The notes: a model not told the origin generated them from the letters alone. 64,000 nt of DNA from an uncultured Gemmatimonadales bacterium (GCA_963783305.1 CAWAMW010000012.1:1-64000), one strand, 5' to 3'; shown: positions 1-9,533, counted from the first letter of the stretch. Program-made: numbers and translations.

Positions 1-210
1 CACACCTACGATCCCGAGGCAGACGAGCGTTTCCCGTACCGGGCGTGCCCGAAGTGCGGATCCCAAGAGCTGTACATGGACGTCGATACCGTGGTGGACG
101 GTGAAATGGACGACGGTATTCCGGTCCTCACGGCCACGCATTTCGACAAGATCGTCTGCGATACTTGTGGGTGGTCCAAATCGGTGTTGGATGATCTGCC
201 ACGGGTGTAA
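1..210 (+). CDS. 3' fragment of a hypothetical zinc-ribbon protein (probable cassette gene)
   Basis: Frame +1 is open from base 1 to TAA at 208-210 and reads ...RACPKCGSQ...IVCDTCGWSK... (two CxxC pairs). An attC-like site follows. The ORF track misses it because the start lies outside the window. Confidence 0.6.
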   Translation, partial: HTYDPEADERFPYRACPKCGSQELYMDVDTVVDGEMDDGIPVLTATHFDKIVCDTCGWSKSVLDDLPRV

Positions 211-265
211 TACGAATTCTGGTCGTGCTGAGCCGGTCCAGAGGAGCCATTCGGCCTGGCACCCC

Positions 266-415
266 GCATAACAAACGGTTGGCGGCTACGCGGCCTGCGG
301 CCGCTCCGGAGAACCCGCCGCGGCGTCTCCGAGCTGATGAGGAAGTCGTGGTTTCAAAGGTGCTCGAGCGCCTAAGGTTGTGGCGCGGCGGGTCGCGAAC
401 CTGGAAACGTTATGG
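266..415 (+). mobile_element. attC-like integron recombination site 1 (150 bp)
   Basis: GCATAAC (266-272) ... GTTATGG (409-415), with the internal inverted repeat ACCCGCCGCG/CGCGGCGGGT. It lies between two co-oriented genes and is homologous to 1103-1252. Confidence 0.7.
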
Positions 416-455
416 GCCAGGTCCCCACAGCATTGTTCGCTAAGAGGAGTAGTCG

Positions 456-1080
456 ATGAGCAAGAAGTCCTTCGTCTTCGGAGTGGATCTCGACGGAACC
501 TGCGCGGACTTCTACGGAGGCCTTCGGCCGATTGCGGCTGACTGGCTTGGAGTTGGTCTCGATGACTTGCCGGAGGAAGTCTCATGGGGACTCCCGGAGT
601 GGGGCATCGATGACGCCCCCGGGGGCTATCAGAGGCTGCATCGCTTTGCGGTAACGCAGCGGGATCTCTTTCGGAAACTGCAGCCGATGCCGGGGGCACC
701 GATGGCGTTGAGACGGCTCTCCGAAGAAGGGGTGCGCATTCGTATCATCACTCACCGCCTTTTCATCAAGTACTTCCACCACATTGCCGTTCGGCAAACG
801 ATTGAGTGGTTGGATTCGAATGATATACCGTACTGGGATCTCTGCTTCATGGCAGACAAAGCTGCGGTAGGTGCGGATCTCTACATTGAGGACTCCCCGG
901 AGAACGTGGCCAAGCTGAGAGCAGAATGGTCATCCGACGATCGTCTTCACAAACTCGACCAATCGAGCTTTGGAGGGGCCCAAGGCGAGTGATTGGGATC
1001 AGGTCTTCGAACTGGTGATGGAAGAGGTCACCAGGTGGCGCCAGGCGCATGAAGATGAGGGGGAGTTGGCAGGCGAGTAG
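456..1080 (+). CDS. 5'(3')-deoxyribonucleotidase (NT5C/HAD family), frameshifted near 925
   Basis: HAD motif [17 protein letters not shown], and DLYIEDSP. An alternative frame continues [23 protein letters not shown] to TAG at 1078-1080. Confidence 0.8.
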
Positions 1081-1102
1081 CGCATGGATGGAGGCACCCG
1101 GC

Positions 1103-1252
1103 GCATAACAAACGCCTGCGCCTGGGCGCCCTGCGGCCGCTCCGGAGAACCAGCCGCGGCCGTCTGGCTGCTGGTGAGGGCAGTGAAGGCTCGAAGGCGG
1201 TCGCGCACTGGAGGTTTCGGCGCGGCGGGTGGCCAACATAGAATCGTTATGC
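1103..1252 (+). mobile_element. attC-like integron recombination site 2 (150 bp)
   Basis: Perfect terminal inverted repeat GCGCATAAC...GTTATGCGC. It shares GCATAACAAACG, CCTGCGGCCGCTCCGGAGAACC and GGCGCGGCGGGT with site 1 and has the same length. Confidence 0.75.
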
Positions 1253-1293
1253 GCAATTCGGCCAAGCGTTGAAAAGGAGCTAATCCGTGAGTA

Positions 1294-1950
1294 ATGGAGC
1301 CGGTTGAGTGGTTGACGGTTGGCCTCCTGATCTTCGCCGGAGTCCAGTCGATAGTGCAGATCCGGACGGAGCGGACGCGTCGAGATGAGCGAATTGCTGA
1401 TCGAGAGGAGCGGCTCGAGCGATCGTTTCAGTATGCCTGGGCAGAACACTTTCGCTTTGAGAGTCTGGCCAATGCGTTCGATCGGTTCGATTTGGTCGAA
1501 CTTGCGCTCCTTGACGTGCTAAGGCCTACGACCGTGGTGCCTCATGACGCCGGCAAGTTCATCGAGGCATTGACCGAGGCCGGACGCGAGGCGGGCGTCC
1601 TGGGAGGTGTGACGTTTGGTGTCTTGACAGATCTGGAGCGAACTGTCGGAATCTTCGTGAACTCTGTGAAGGCGTTCTCTCGGGAGATCCCGCCCGGAAT
1701 GCAGGAGAACGCCAAGCCCAATGGGTCCGGGACAATTACGGTCTTGACCTGGATCCGTGGGGAAAGAGACGGTCGAGAACTCACCCGGCAGGTCGCTTTA
1801 CTTAATGTGGGACGCGGCAAGACACAATCCCAAGGCAGCCGAGAGCGGACCCTTCGACTTTTCAATGAATTCGCTTCGGATCTCGCGGCCTCTGCGGTGC
1901 GTGGGCTGTTGGCACGATCACGAGCTGCTGGGGAGGCCTCGGAGGGCTGA
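1294..1950 (+). CDS. Hypothetical membrane-anchored protein (probable cassette gene; likely internal frameshifts in the 3' third)
   Basis: RBS AAGGAG upstream. N-terminal hydrophobic helix WLTVGLLIFAGVQSIVQI followed by a charged helical stretch. An overlapping frame at 1757-1969 suggests indels. Confidence 0.55.
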   Translation: MEPVEWLTVGLLIFAGVQSIVQIRTERTRRDERIADREERLERSFQYAWAEHFRFESLANAFDRFDLVELALLDVLRPTTVVPHDAGKFIEALTEAGREAGVLGGVTFGVLTDLERTVGIFVNSVKAFSREIPPGMQENAKPNGSGTITVLTWIRGERDGRELTRQVALLNVGRGKTQSQGSRERTLRLFNEFASDLAASAVRGLLARSRAAGEASEG

Positions 1951-1974
1951 ACCGCGCATATACCATTAGCAGGT

Positions 1975-2024
1975 CGCCAACAATCACCTGATGCGGCTCG
2001 AGTCCGCATTAGTTAAAGTTAGCC
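1975..2024 (+). mobile_element. Possible short/degenerate attC site
   Basis: CGCCAAC-aatca ... ATGCGG/CCGCAT hairpin ... ttaaa-GTTAGCC. It is only 50 bp, shorter than typical attC sites. Confidence 0.35.
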
Positions 2025-2091
2025 CAGTAACGTAGCCATTCGGCAGCAGCCCCTCGGAAGAGTTCACAGACGCACACTCAACGGAGCCTCT

Positions 2092-3013
2092 TTGAAACGG
2101 GATTGGCGGCTGGACCAACGGTCGTGGCAGGACTTTGAGGCACTGGTCGGGAACCTTTAAGCAAGGTCCTCGGTACAGGCACCGTGGTGTTTTCTGACGG
2201 CCCTGACGGTGGTCGGGATGGACGGTTTTCAGGGGGTCGCGAACAACTTTCCCTCGAGTAGCAGCCCTTGGTGGGGGAATAGGTGATCCAGGCGAAACAC
2301 ACGAGTGACCGTTCCGCTAGCTGTAGTGACGGCGCCTTCTATGGCAACAAGACTAGCGAGCTGCAGGAGCAAGATGTACAAGCTCGCCCGGCTGCGAAAC
2401 GAGGATGGTATCGACTGCTATCTTCTAGTCACCAACCGGGCTCTCACGGCTTCTCGTCACGAGGAACTCAAACGGATCATGAGGGACCAGACGGCCGTGC
2501 CCAACGTGCATCTTGATGGGACGCGAGACGCTCTCTGGCTTTCTCGATCGGCATCCCTTTCTTGCGGAACTTGCGGGCCTGCACCGGATCTTGGGCCCCC
2601 TCCGTTTCGGGTCAAAAGACCTCAAGGAGATCATCGAGGCGTTTGGAGAAGTGGGCTCGGTACCAAACCCAGCCTCCATCATCAAAGACCCGGCAATCGA
2701 AGCGAAGAACAGCAAGAACGACCTCTCCGAGCATTTCGCAATGATCGAGAGTAGATATGCCCCTTACTTTCACCAGGTTCGGACATTCCTCCTCGACCCA
2801 AAGAACGCTCCGCTGGCTCGGCGCTACGAGGTCCTTTCAGCTGAACTCAACGCCAAAATCGTTGCTCGTCGAAATGAGTTTGATCGATTCGACCATGTCT
2901 TCCCCAGTCTCTACGATCGCGCGCTTGAGTTGGCCCGAGCTGAGAAGCAGGGTGACCTAGTCTGGATGTTCCTCCACTTCATGTACTGGGATTGTGATGT
3001 GGGTGAGGTATGA
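2092..3013 (+). CDS. ABC-three-component/Lamassu-like effector: PD-(D/E)xK (Mrr-like) nuclease plus C-terminal domain; frameshifted as sequenced
   Basis: Stitching frames gives WQDFEALV..KVLGTGTVVFSDGPDGGRDGRF..FPS..PW..VIQAKHT (nuclease motif) and a C-terminus ending FLHFMYWDCDVG. TTG start with GGAG RBS. Confidence 0.75.
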
Positions 3014-3254
3014 TCCGACCGACGAAGTTCCTCGATCCCAAGACGGGAGTGCTGAGGGTGGCGGCCACCATGATTGAGACCCTCGATAGCGTTGGACCCA
3101 TGAAGCTTGAGGAGTTCATGAGCCGATCAGCCAAACAGATCCCGCCGAAGGCTTCGGTCAATATCCAGAACGCTCTCGACTGGTCTTTCTAATGGGGATC
3201 GTCGACTACGATTCAACGAGCGACACTATTGTCCGACGCCGGAGCAGCGAATGA
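3010..3254 (+). CDS. ABC-three-component middle component (LmuC-like), frameshift near 3180
   Basis: MIRPTKFLDPKTGVLRVA...NALD then LVFLMGIVDYDSTSDTI in the shifted frame. ATGA overlaps with both neighbours. Confidence 0.7.
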
Positions 3255-5049
3255 AGCTCAGGCGCCTTTACTCCAACCTCCCAAAAGTCTTTCCGGAAAT
3301 CCAGTTCCACGACGGTCTGAATGTGATTTTCGCGAATGTCAAGGAGCCCGAAGACCGGACGCTGGACTCGCACAATCTCGGCAAATCGATTCTGCTTCAG
3401 ATCATTGATTTTCTACTCCTTCGGGGCTGGTCAAGCGGCTTATTCTTGTATGATCATCAAGAGACGTTCGCGGAGTTTGTCTTTTTTCTTGAGGTTGAGA
3501 CCAATCAGGGCACCCGGATCACCGTACGGCGCTCAGTCGCGGCAAACTCCCGGATCCGTATCTACCATGGGCCCGCTGAAGCCGGTGAACTTGTCCAACT
3601 TCCGCAGTCAGAGTGGACCCATCTGCCGTCGAGCTTTCAAGAGGCCAGAAAGGTACTCGACGACTACCTCGCCCTCACCGACTTGGCGCCATGGGATTAC
3701 CGGAAGGGAGTAGTACCTCCTCAGAGGCCAGTCGGACTACGCAGACGTCTTCCAGCTCAAGAAGTTCGCCCAAGGCCGACACAAGGATTGGAAGCCGTTT
3801 ATGGCACACCTTCTCGGGTTCGATCCGCGGCCGGTAGAGGATAAATACGACACAGAGGATGAGCTGGCGGAACTTGAGACCGCGGCTGAAAACCTCCGCA
3901 ACCTGCTCAAGCTAAATGTTGGAGAAGCGGACCGGGTGAGGGGGGCCTTTCAGATTCTCACCCAGGAAATCGAGGCGTCCGAAGAGAGGATTCGCCGCTT
4001 CAGCTACTCGAAGATCAACGCAGGATTAACAAAGGGCTGGTAGCGGACACCGAACAGCGTATTGGGGATATTAACGAACGCCTTTACACCATTGAATTCG
4101 AATCAGCTAAGTTGCGAGAGGCCATCGCGACCACAGAATGACTTTGATCTCGATCGGGTAAAGCGGGTTTTTGAGGAAGCCAACGCGGCTTTGCCCGAGA
4201 CCCTCGTGCGCTCCTATGAAGACTTGATCGAATTCAACCGGGCGCTGACTGCGGATCGAGCTGAGCGGTTCCGGGGACAGGCGGAAAGGCTGGAGCGTGA
4301 GAAGGAAGACTTGCTTGGGCAGGCGAGGGACCTCGACGAAGCTAGGATCGACGCTCTTAGGTCCTTTGAGAGACCGACTCATTCGAGAAGCTGAGGTCGC
4401 TACAGACGCGCCTTGGGGAACGCCGAAGCGAACTTGCCCGGCTCCAGGTAGAGCTAGGTCAACTGGATGCGCTGGGGGGGTGAAGCGCAAAATCGCTGCA
4501 GTCCGCCGCCGCATGAATGAACTGGTCGACTCCATCGCTGAGATGATCAGTCGTGGGAATCACCTCGATAATGTCCTCAGACTGCAGTTTCACGACATCG
4601 TCGAGCAGGTGCTCAACGCGTCCGCAATCCTGGCGATCAGTCTCAACAAAGCTGGCAACCTAGAATTCGAGGCATCGATATTAAGAGGTGGGCTGGGCGA
4701 CGTGCGTTCGGCTGAGGACCAAGGTTTTTCATACCGTCGAATGCTATGTATGGCTTTCGACCTAGCAATGCTTGCTGCGCATAGGAATGGGGGCTTCTAT
4801 CGCTTCGTATACCATGACGGAGCTCTTCGAGTCTCTAGATGATCGAAGGAAGACCCAGTTGATCCAGGTTGTCCAGCAAATGTGTAAAGAGTTCGATCTT
4901 CGCGTACATTCATGACCGCGATCGACTCCGATATCGCCTGAGGCTGCCCGGGGGCGGGCGCTAGAAATATGCAAGGTGATGACTTGATTGTGCGTCGGCT
5001 TCATGATCATGGTCAGCACGGCCGACTCTTGCCGATGCCGACGTTCTAA
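3251..5049 (+). CDS. SMC-like ABC ATPase (DUF2326 / LmuB-like); several frameshifts as sequenced
   Basis: MKLRRLYSN..FHDGLNVI..HNLGKS (Walker A variant), coiled-coil centre, QGFSYRRMLCMAFDLA signature region, FVYHDG (Walker B), C-terminal RRLHDHGQHGRLLPMPTF* ending at 5049. Confidence 0.8.
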
Positions 5050-5111
5050 CGGTGCATCCGATCCCAATGAGCCAGTCGGCGGTGTATGGGGCGGAACGGC
5101 GGACGCACTTC

Positions 5112-5175
5112 CGATAACAAATGTTGCCGGCGGCGTTCGCTTCGCTCACTGCCGCCACCACAAGAGCCGTTGACG
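5112..5175 (+). mobile_element. attC-like site (64 bp)
   Basis: CGATAAC-aaatg-TTG[C]CGGC ... ACCACAA-gagcc-GTTGACG. It has 5-nt spacers, L boxes that pair with G:T on the bottom strand, and an extra C at L'' position 4. Confidence 0.55.
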
Positions 5176-5232
5176 TGAGATGCAGCGGGGGTTTGCAAAC
5201 ATTATCCGATATCCAATGAAACGGAGCAGCGA

Positions 5233-5921
5233 TTGAGATACGGTTGATGCTATTCGCATCGGAGTAGGCTCGCCCGAGTATGGGTTCTCATCGGTGTGGC
5301 GGGTCTGGAGCCACAACAGTAAAGGGGACGTGTACGTCGGTGCGCGTCAGGTTGCTGGTGCGGTTAAGGTGAGTCTGCACAAATCGGGACAGTGCCATCT
5401 CGGCCTAACCCAGCAGCAGGCGCAGGAACAGGGAACTCCAGTGCGAGAAAGGCTCTGGATGAAGTGGCAGCGGCCCGAGCCTGAGCGCGGTCTCTCCATC
5501 CCGTTCTATCTGAGTTTCCCGATTCGTTGGTTAAGCAAGGGGAGGCCCCGAGAGCAAGGGACGGAGCGGAAACCAATTATCTGGATGCATCCAGCGAATG
5601 CCTCCCGGGAATTTAATGGGATGGCGTCTACGATAGACGGATTCGCATTTCTTAGTAAAACACATACTGAAGCAGAGCTTCTTGATCGGCTCCCGCCTAA
5701 ATCCAAACACATGGGAGGGACGAGACTTCGACGCGGTCTGGTGCTCGCTATATTCGCATACCCCTGTCTCGTAGACTGGACCAGAGACGCGACGAGGATT
5801 CCAGCGCGGGTCTTCGCGCCAAGCGTTGCAGCATTGCAGGCGTGGAATGCTAAGTCTAACGGCAGGCTATCGCGGTGACGGTTCTGTATACCTCTGTGAA
5901 ATTGACCCTGACAAGGTGTGA
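5233..5921 (+). CDS. Hypothetical protein (last cassette-like gene; ends inferred across indels)
   Basis: Core ORF 5294-5878. The upstream in-frame sequence reads DAIRIGVGSPEYGFSSVWRVW...DVYVGAR...KVSLHKSG. An alternative frame gives a C-terminus AGYRGDGSVYLCEIDPDKV* at 5921. Confidence 0.5.
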
Positions 5922-6130
5922 GTGGGAATTGTCGGGGGCTGATGCCGGATCGCATGCGATCGGTCGGCGCTTTGCTTGCTACTGAAGCCTGCGTTGATGT
6001 CTCGGAGCCCTGCCGGGACAGGTGGGTCCGCAGGAACAAGGATCGGGGAAAGCGGGTCCCACCAGAGGGGAATGGGAGGCCGAGATGCAGGTGTTCTGCG
6101 TATTCTGGTCAGGGCGAGGGGCTCCCGCCC

Positions 6131-7096
6131 CTACGCGCTCTTCAGCGCCGCCACCAGCTCATCCTTCGTCATCGAGCTCCGCCCGCTGATGTCCTTCTCC
6201 TGCGCCCGCTCGTAGAGCTCCGCCTTGGTGAGCTCTGAGAGGTTCTTGCCCGACCCCCCACTCCGCTTCGGCGTCCGCGCCTCTGCCTCACCCCCCTGGA
6301 GGCTCCGCTTCAGCACGTCCATGAGGTCGATGATGTCGCCCCCTTCGTCGTCGGCGCCCGCGGCGGCCGACGGGGCGGTGCGGACGGCGCCCTGCTTCTG
6401 CTTCGACTTCACGAGCTTCCGGAGCCGGTCGGCGTAGTCGTCGGCGAGCTCGGCCTCGTCCAGCTCCTCCTCGGTGAGCTTGCCGATGGCCTTGCGCATG
6501 GCCTTCTTCCGCGCGGCGGGGACCTTCGGGCGGTCGGGGAGGTCGATGCCCTCGACGCTGCGGATCTCGTCGTGGAATCGGAGCGTCTCGGCGCGGAGGA
6601 TCCCGTTCTCGGCCAGGATGGCGATGAGGTACTCCTTGGTCCGCATGACGAAGGTGGCGATGCCGGCGCGGCCGGTGTCCTCCATGACGGCGGCGAGGAG
6701 GCGGTAGGCCTTGGTGGACTCGCCGTCGGGGGTGAGGAAGTAGGCGCGCTCGAAGAAGCGGGGGTCGAGCTGGTCGGCGGGGACGAAGCGTCGCAGGTCG
6801 ATGTCCCGGGTCTTCTCCGGCTCCAGCGACTCGAGCTCGCCCTCGGTCACGATCACGTACTCGTCCTTCTCGATCTCGTAGCCCCGCACGATGTCGTCCC
6901 GGGAGACCTCCTTGTCGGTCTCGGGGTCGTAGTACCGGCGGGCCAGGGGAGTGCCGTCGTCGTCGAGCATCCGGAGCGACACGCCGCTCGGCCGGTTGGC
7001 CGGGAAGAGCCGGACGGGGATGCTGACCAGCCCGAAGCTGATGGTGCCCGACCACATGGACCGGGCCCGGACCGCGCGCTCGTCGACCTCAGGCAC
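6131..7096 (-). CDS. ku: Ku NHEJ protein with C-terminal Rho-N/HeH-like extension
   Basis: RSMWSGTISFGLVSIPVRLFPA, DIVRGYE, YFLTPDG, IIDLMDVLKRSL, with tail LSELTKAELYERAQEKDISGRSSMTKDELVAAL. Confidence 0.95.
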   Translation of the reverse strand: MPEVDERAVRARSMWSGTISFGLVSIPVRLFPANRPSGVSLRMLDDDGTPLARRYYDPETDKEVSRDDIVRGYEIEKDEYVIVTEGELESLEPEKTRDIDLRRFVPADQLDPRFFERAYFLTPDGESTKAYRLLAAVMEDTGRAGIATFVMRTKEYLIAILAENGILRAETLRFHDEIRSVEGIDLPDRPKVPAARKKAMRKAIGKLTEEELDEAELADDYADRLRKLVKSKQKQGAVRTAPSAAAGADDEGGDIIDLMDVLKRSLQGGEAEARTPKRSGGSGKNLSELTKAELYERAQEKDISGRSSMTKDELVAALKSA

Positions 7097-7868
7097 TCTT
7101 CCGCTCCTTCGCCGCCGCGATGCTCGCCTCGAGGCTGGCCGCCAGGTCGCCGGCCGCCCGCTTCTTCTCCGGTTGGCGGAACTCGAGGGTCTTCCCCTCG
7201 GCCTTGGCCTCCACCAGCTCCATGACCCGGGCCCGGTACTCGTCCTCGTACGCCTCGGGGTCGAAGTCGTCGGCCAGCGCCGCCACCAGCTGCTCGGCCA
7301 TCTTCAGCTCCTGCTTCTCCGGCGCACGCCCCTTCGGCGCCGGGAGCGCGCTCGCCGGGATGACCTCCTCGGCGTGCCGGAGCGTGATCATCATGAGGTA
7401 GTCGTCCTCGGCCCGGAGCGCGCCGATGTACTCCTTGTTCCGCATGGTCCACCGGGCCAGCCCCTCCTTGCCCTCGGCCTTCAGCGCGTCCACCAGCGCG
7501 TAGTACGCCTCCGCGTCGCCATCGGGGCCCAGGTGGTAGGGACGGTCGTACCAGGCGTGAGTGATGACCGACGGGTCCATGAACCGCGTCACCTCGATGT
7601 CCCGCGACTTCTCCGGCTGCAGCTCCTCGAGCTCCTCGTCCTCCAGGACCACGAAGACGCCCTCCTCCAGCTGGTACCCCCGCTGGACGTCGCCGTAATC
7701 CACCACGTCGCCGGTGGAGGGGTTGACCATGCGCTGCTTCACCGGCCGGCCCGTCTTCTCGTGCAGCAGCCGGAACCGCACCGTCCGGTCCTCCACCGCG
7801 GAGTACAGCTTGACCGGGACCTCCTCGCCGCCGAACCGGATCACGCCCTTCCACATCGCGCGCGCCAT
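7089..7868 (-). CDS. ku: Second Ku protein (core only)
   Basis: MARAMWKGVIRFG..VPVKLYSA, VQRGYQ, YHLGPDG, YEDEYRARV, DLAASLEASI. Overlaps the downstream ku by 8 bp. Confidence 0.93.
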   Translation of the reverse strand: MARAMWKGVIRFGGEEVPVKLYSAVEDRTVRFRLLHEKTGRPVKQRMVNPSTGDVVDYGDVQRGYQLEEGVFVVLEDEELEELQPEKSRDIEVTRFMDPSVITHAWYDRPYHLGPDGDAEAYYALVDALKAEGKEGLARWTMRNKEYIGALRAEDDYLMMITLRHAEEVIPASALPAPKGRAPEKQELKMAEQLVAALADDFDPEAYEDEYRARVMELVEAKAEGKTLEFRQPEKKRAAGDLAASLEASIAAAKERKSA

Positions 7869-7869
7869 G

Positions 7870-8061
7870 TCAGTCCTCCGGATCCGGCGCGCACGCGGGA
7901 CACCACGCCTCGGATGTCTCCCGGATCACCAAGTAACACAGGGCGCAGACCTCGCCATCACACCCCACGCACCGGTAGCTGATATCCAGGGTGTGCGGCT
8001 GCTCACAGACGCCGCAGCGTCCCTCGTCCGTCCGAACCCTGATCCTGCCCGCTCTCTCCAT
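7870..8061 (-). CDS. Small 8-cysteine zinc-finger-like protein
   Basis: 63 aa with CGVC, CVGC, CALC and CPAC. Its stop codon is 1 bp from the ku start codon. Confidence 0.6.
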   Translation of the reverse strand: MERAGRIRVRTDEGRCGVCEQPHTLDISYRCVGCDGEVCALCYLVIRETSEAWCPACAPDPED

Positions 8062-8143
8062 GAGCTACCCGGCGCCCGATTCGCTTCCTTCGGTTCTTCG
8101 TTCCTTCGTTCCTTCGATCCCGGCTGTTCCTCGTTCGCGTCGT

Positions 8144-9517
8144 CTACTGCGACGTCGTGAACTGCTCCTCCTCCGTCGACCCCGCCATGGCGCCCGTGCT
8201 CGCCTCGCCGTGCGACAGCGTGTTCAGCACAAGGTCGAAGTAGTTGCCGCCCACCTCGCGCTGGTGCTTGGCCGCCGTGTACCCCTTCTCCTCGAGCTGG
8301 AACTCCCGCTCCTGGACCCGGACATAGGCGGTCATGTCGTGCGCCTCGTACTCACGCGCCAGCTCGAAAGCGCCCAGGTTGAGCAGGTGCCAGCCCGCCA
8401 GCGTGATGAACTGGTAGCGATAGCCCATCGCCCCGAGCTCCCGCTGGAATTTCGCGATGGTGGCGTCGTCCAGGTGACGCTTCCAGTTGAACGACGGCGA
8501 GTTGTTGTACGCCAGGATCTTGTCGGGGTACTGCTCGTGAACGGCCTCGGCGAAGCGCCGGGCCTCGTCCAGGTCGGGCGTCTTCGTCTCACACCAGAGG
8601 ACGTCCGCGTAGGGTGCGTAGGCGAGGGCGCGGGCGATTCCGGCCTCGAGGCCCGGCCGGACGCGGAAGTACCCCTCGGCCGTGCGCTCGCCGGTGAGGA
8701 ACTCGTGGTCCCGCTCATCGATGTCGCTGGTGAGCAGCGTGGCGGCTTCGGCGTCCGTCCGCGCGAACAGGACGGTGGGTACGTCGAGCACGTCGGAGGC
8801 GAGGCGGGCGGCGCTGAGCACGCGCTCGAACTGCGAGGTCGGCACCAGGACCTTGCCCCCCATGTGGCCGCACTTCTTCTCCGCCGCCAGCTGGTCCTCG
8901 AAGTGGACCCCCGCGGCGCCCGCGTCGATGTAGTTCTTGGCCAGCTCGTGGGCATGGAGCGGGCCGCCGAAACCGGCCTCCGCATCGGCGACGATCGGCG
9001 CCATCCACTGCGTCTGGACCTTCCCCTCGTTCTCGCTCCACTCGATCTGGTCGGCGCGCTTCAACGCGTTGTTGATGCGCTGGACCAGGGTGGGGCCGCT
9101 GTTGCTCGGGTAGAGGCTCTGGTCGGGGTAGGTCTCCAGGGAGAGGTTCATGTCTCCCGCGACCTGCCACCCGCTGAGGTAGATGGAGCGGAGCCCCGCC
9201 CGGACCATCTGCACCGCCTGATTGCCGGTCAGGGCGCCGAACGTGCGCACCGGCTCAGCGCCGAAGCGGATCATTTCCCAGAGCCGCTCGGCCCCCAGTC
9301 GCGCCACGCTGAAGTCCTGGCGGATGGATCCACGCAGGCGCACCACCTCGGCCGCGCCGTACGGACGCTCTATGCCCTTGTAGCGGTCCGTCGCCCAGCG
9401 CGCCTCCAGCTGCTTGACCTGCTCGGCAAAGCTCGCGATCGCCCGGTCCTCTGCCTGCGGGATCGTCCGCTCCGCCCGGCCTTCGCCCCAGTGACTCTCG
9501 TGTCGCATCTCTTCCAT
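8144..9517 (-). CDS. aceA: Isocitrate lyase
   Basis: [11 protein letters not shown] catalytic motif, [19 protein letters not shown]. Confidence 0.97.
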   Translation of the reverse strand: MEEMRHESHWGEGRAERTIPQAEDRAIASFAEQVKQLEARWATDRYKGIERPYGAAEVVRLRGSIRQDFSVARLGAERLWEMIRFGAEPVRTFGALTGNQAVQMVRAGLRSIYLSGWQVAGDMNLSLETYPDQSLYPSNSGPTLVQRINNALKRADQIEWSENEGKVQTQWMAPIVADAEAGFGGPLHAHELAKNYIDAGAAGVHFEDQLAAEKKCGHMGGKVLVPTSQFERVLSAARLASDVLDVPTVLFARTDAEAATLLTSDIDERDHEFLTGERTAEGYFRVRPGLEAGIARALAYAPYADVLWCETKTPDLDEARRFAEAVHEQYPDKILAYNNSPSFNWKRHLDDATIAKFQRELGAMGYRYQFITLAGWHLLNLGAFELAREYEAHDMTAYVRVQEREFQLEEKGYTAAKHQREVGGNYFDLVLNTLSHGEASTGAMAGSTEEEQFTTSQ

Positions 9518-9533
9518 GATTCGCTCGTCTCTC

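Noticed and set aside
2092..5049. Programmed frameshifting in the defence genes
   Set aside because: The shifts are numerous and spread over all island genes without consistent slippery sites, so error or decay is more parsimonious.
5045..5050. TCTAAC as an attC R'' box
   Set aside because: It coincides with the ATPase stop codon but lacks a matching palindrome; the better site starts at 5112.
5854..5999. attC after the last cassette (GTCTAAC at 5854)
   Set aside because: There is no complementary GTT box or hairpin, and the motif probably lies within the gene's frameshifted C-terminus.
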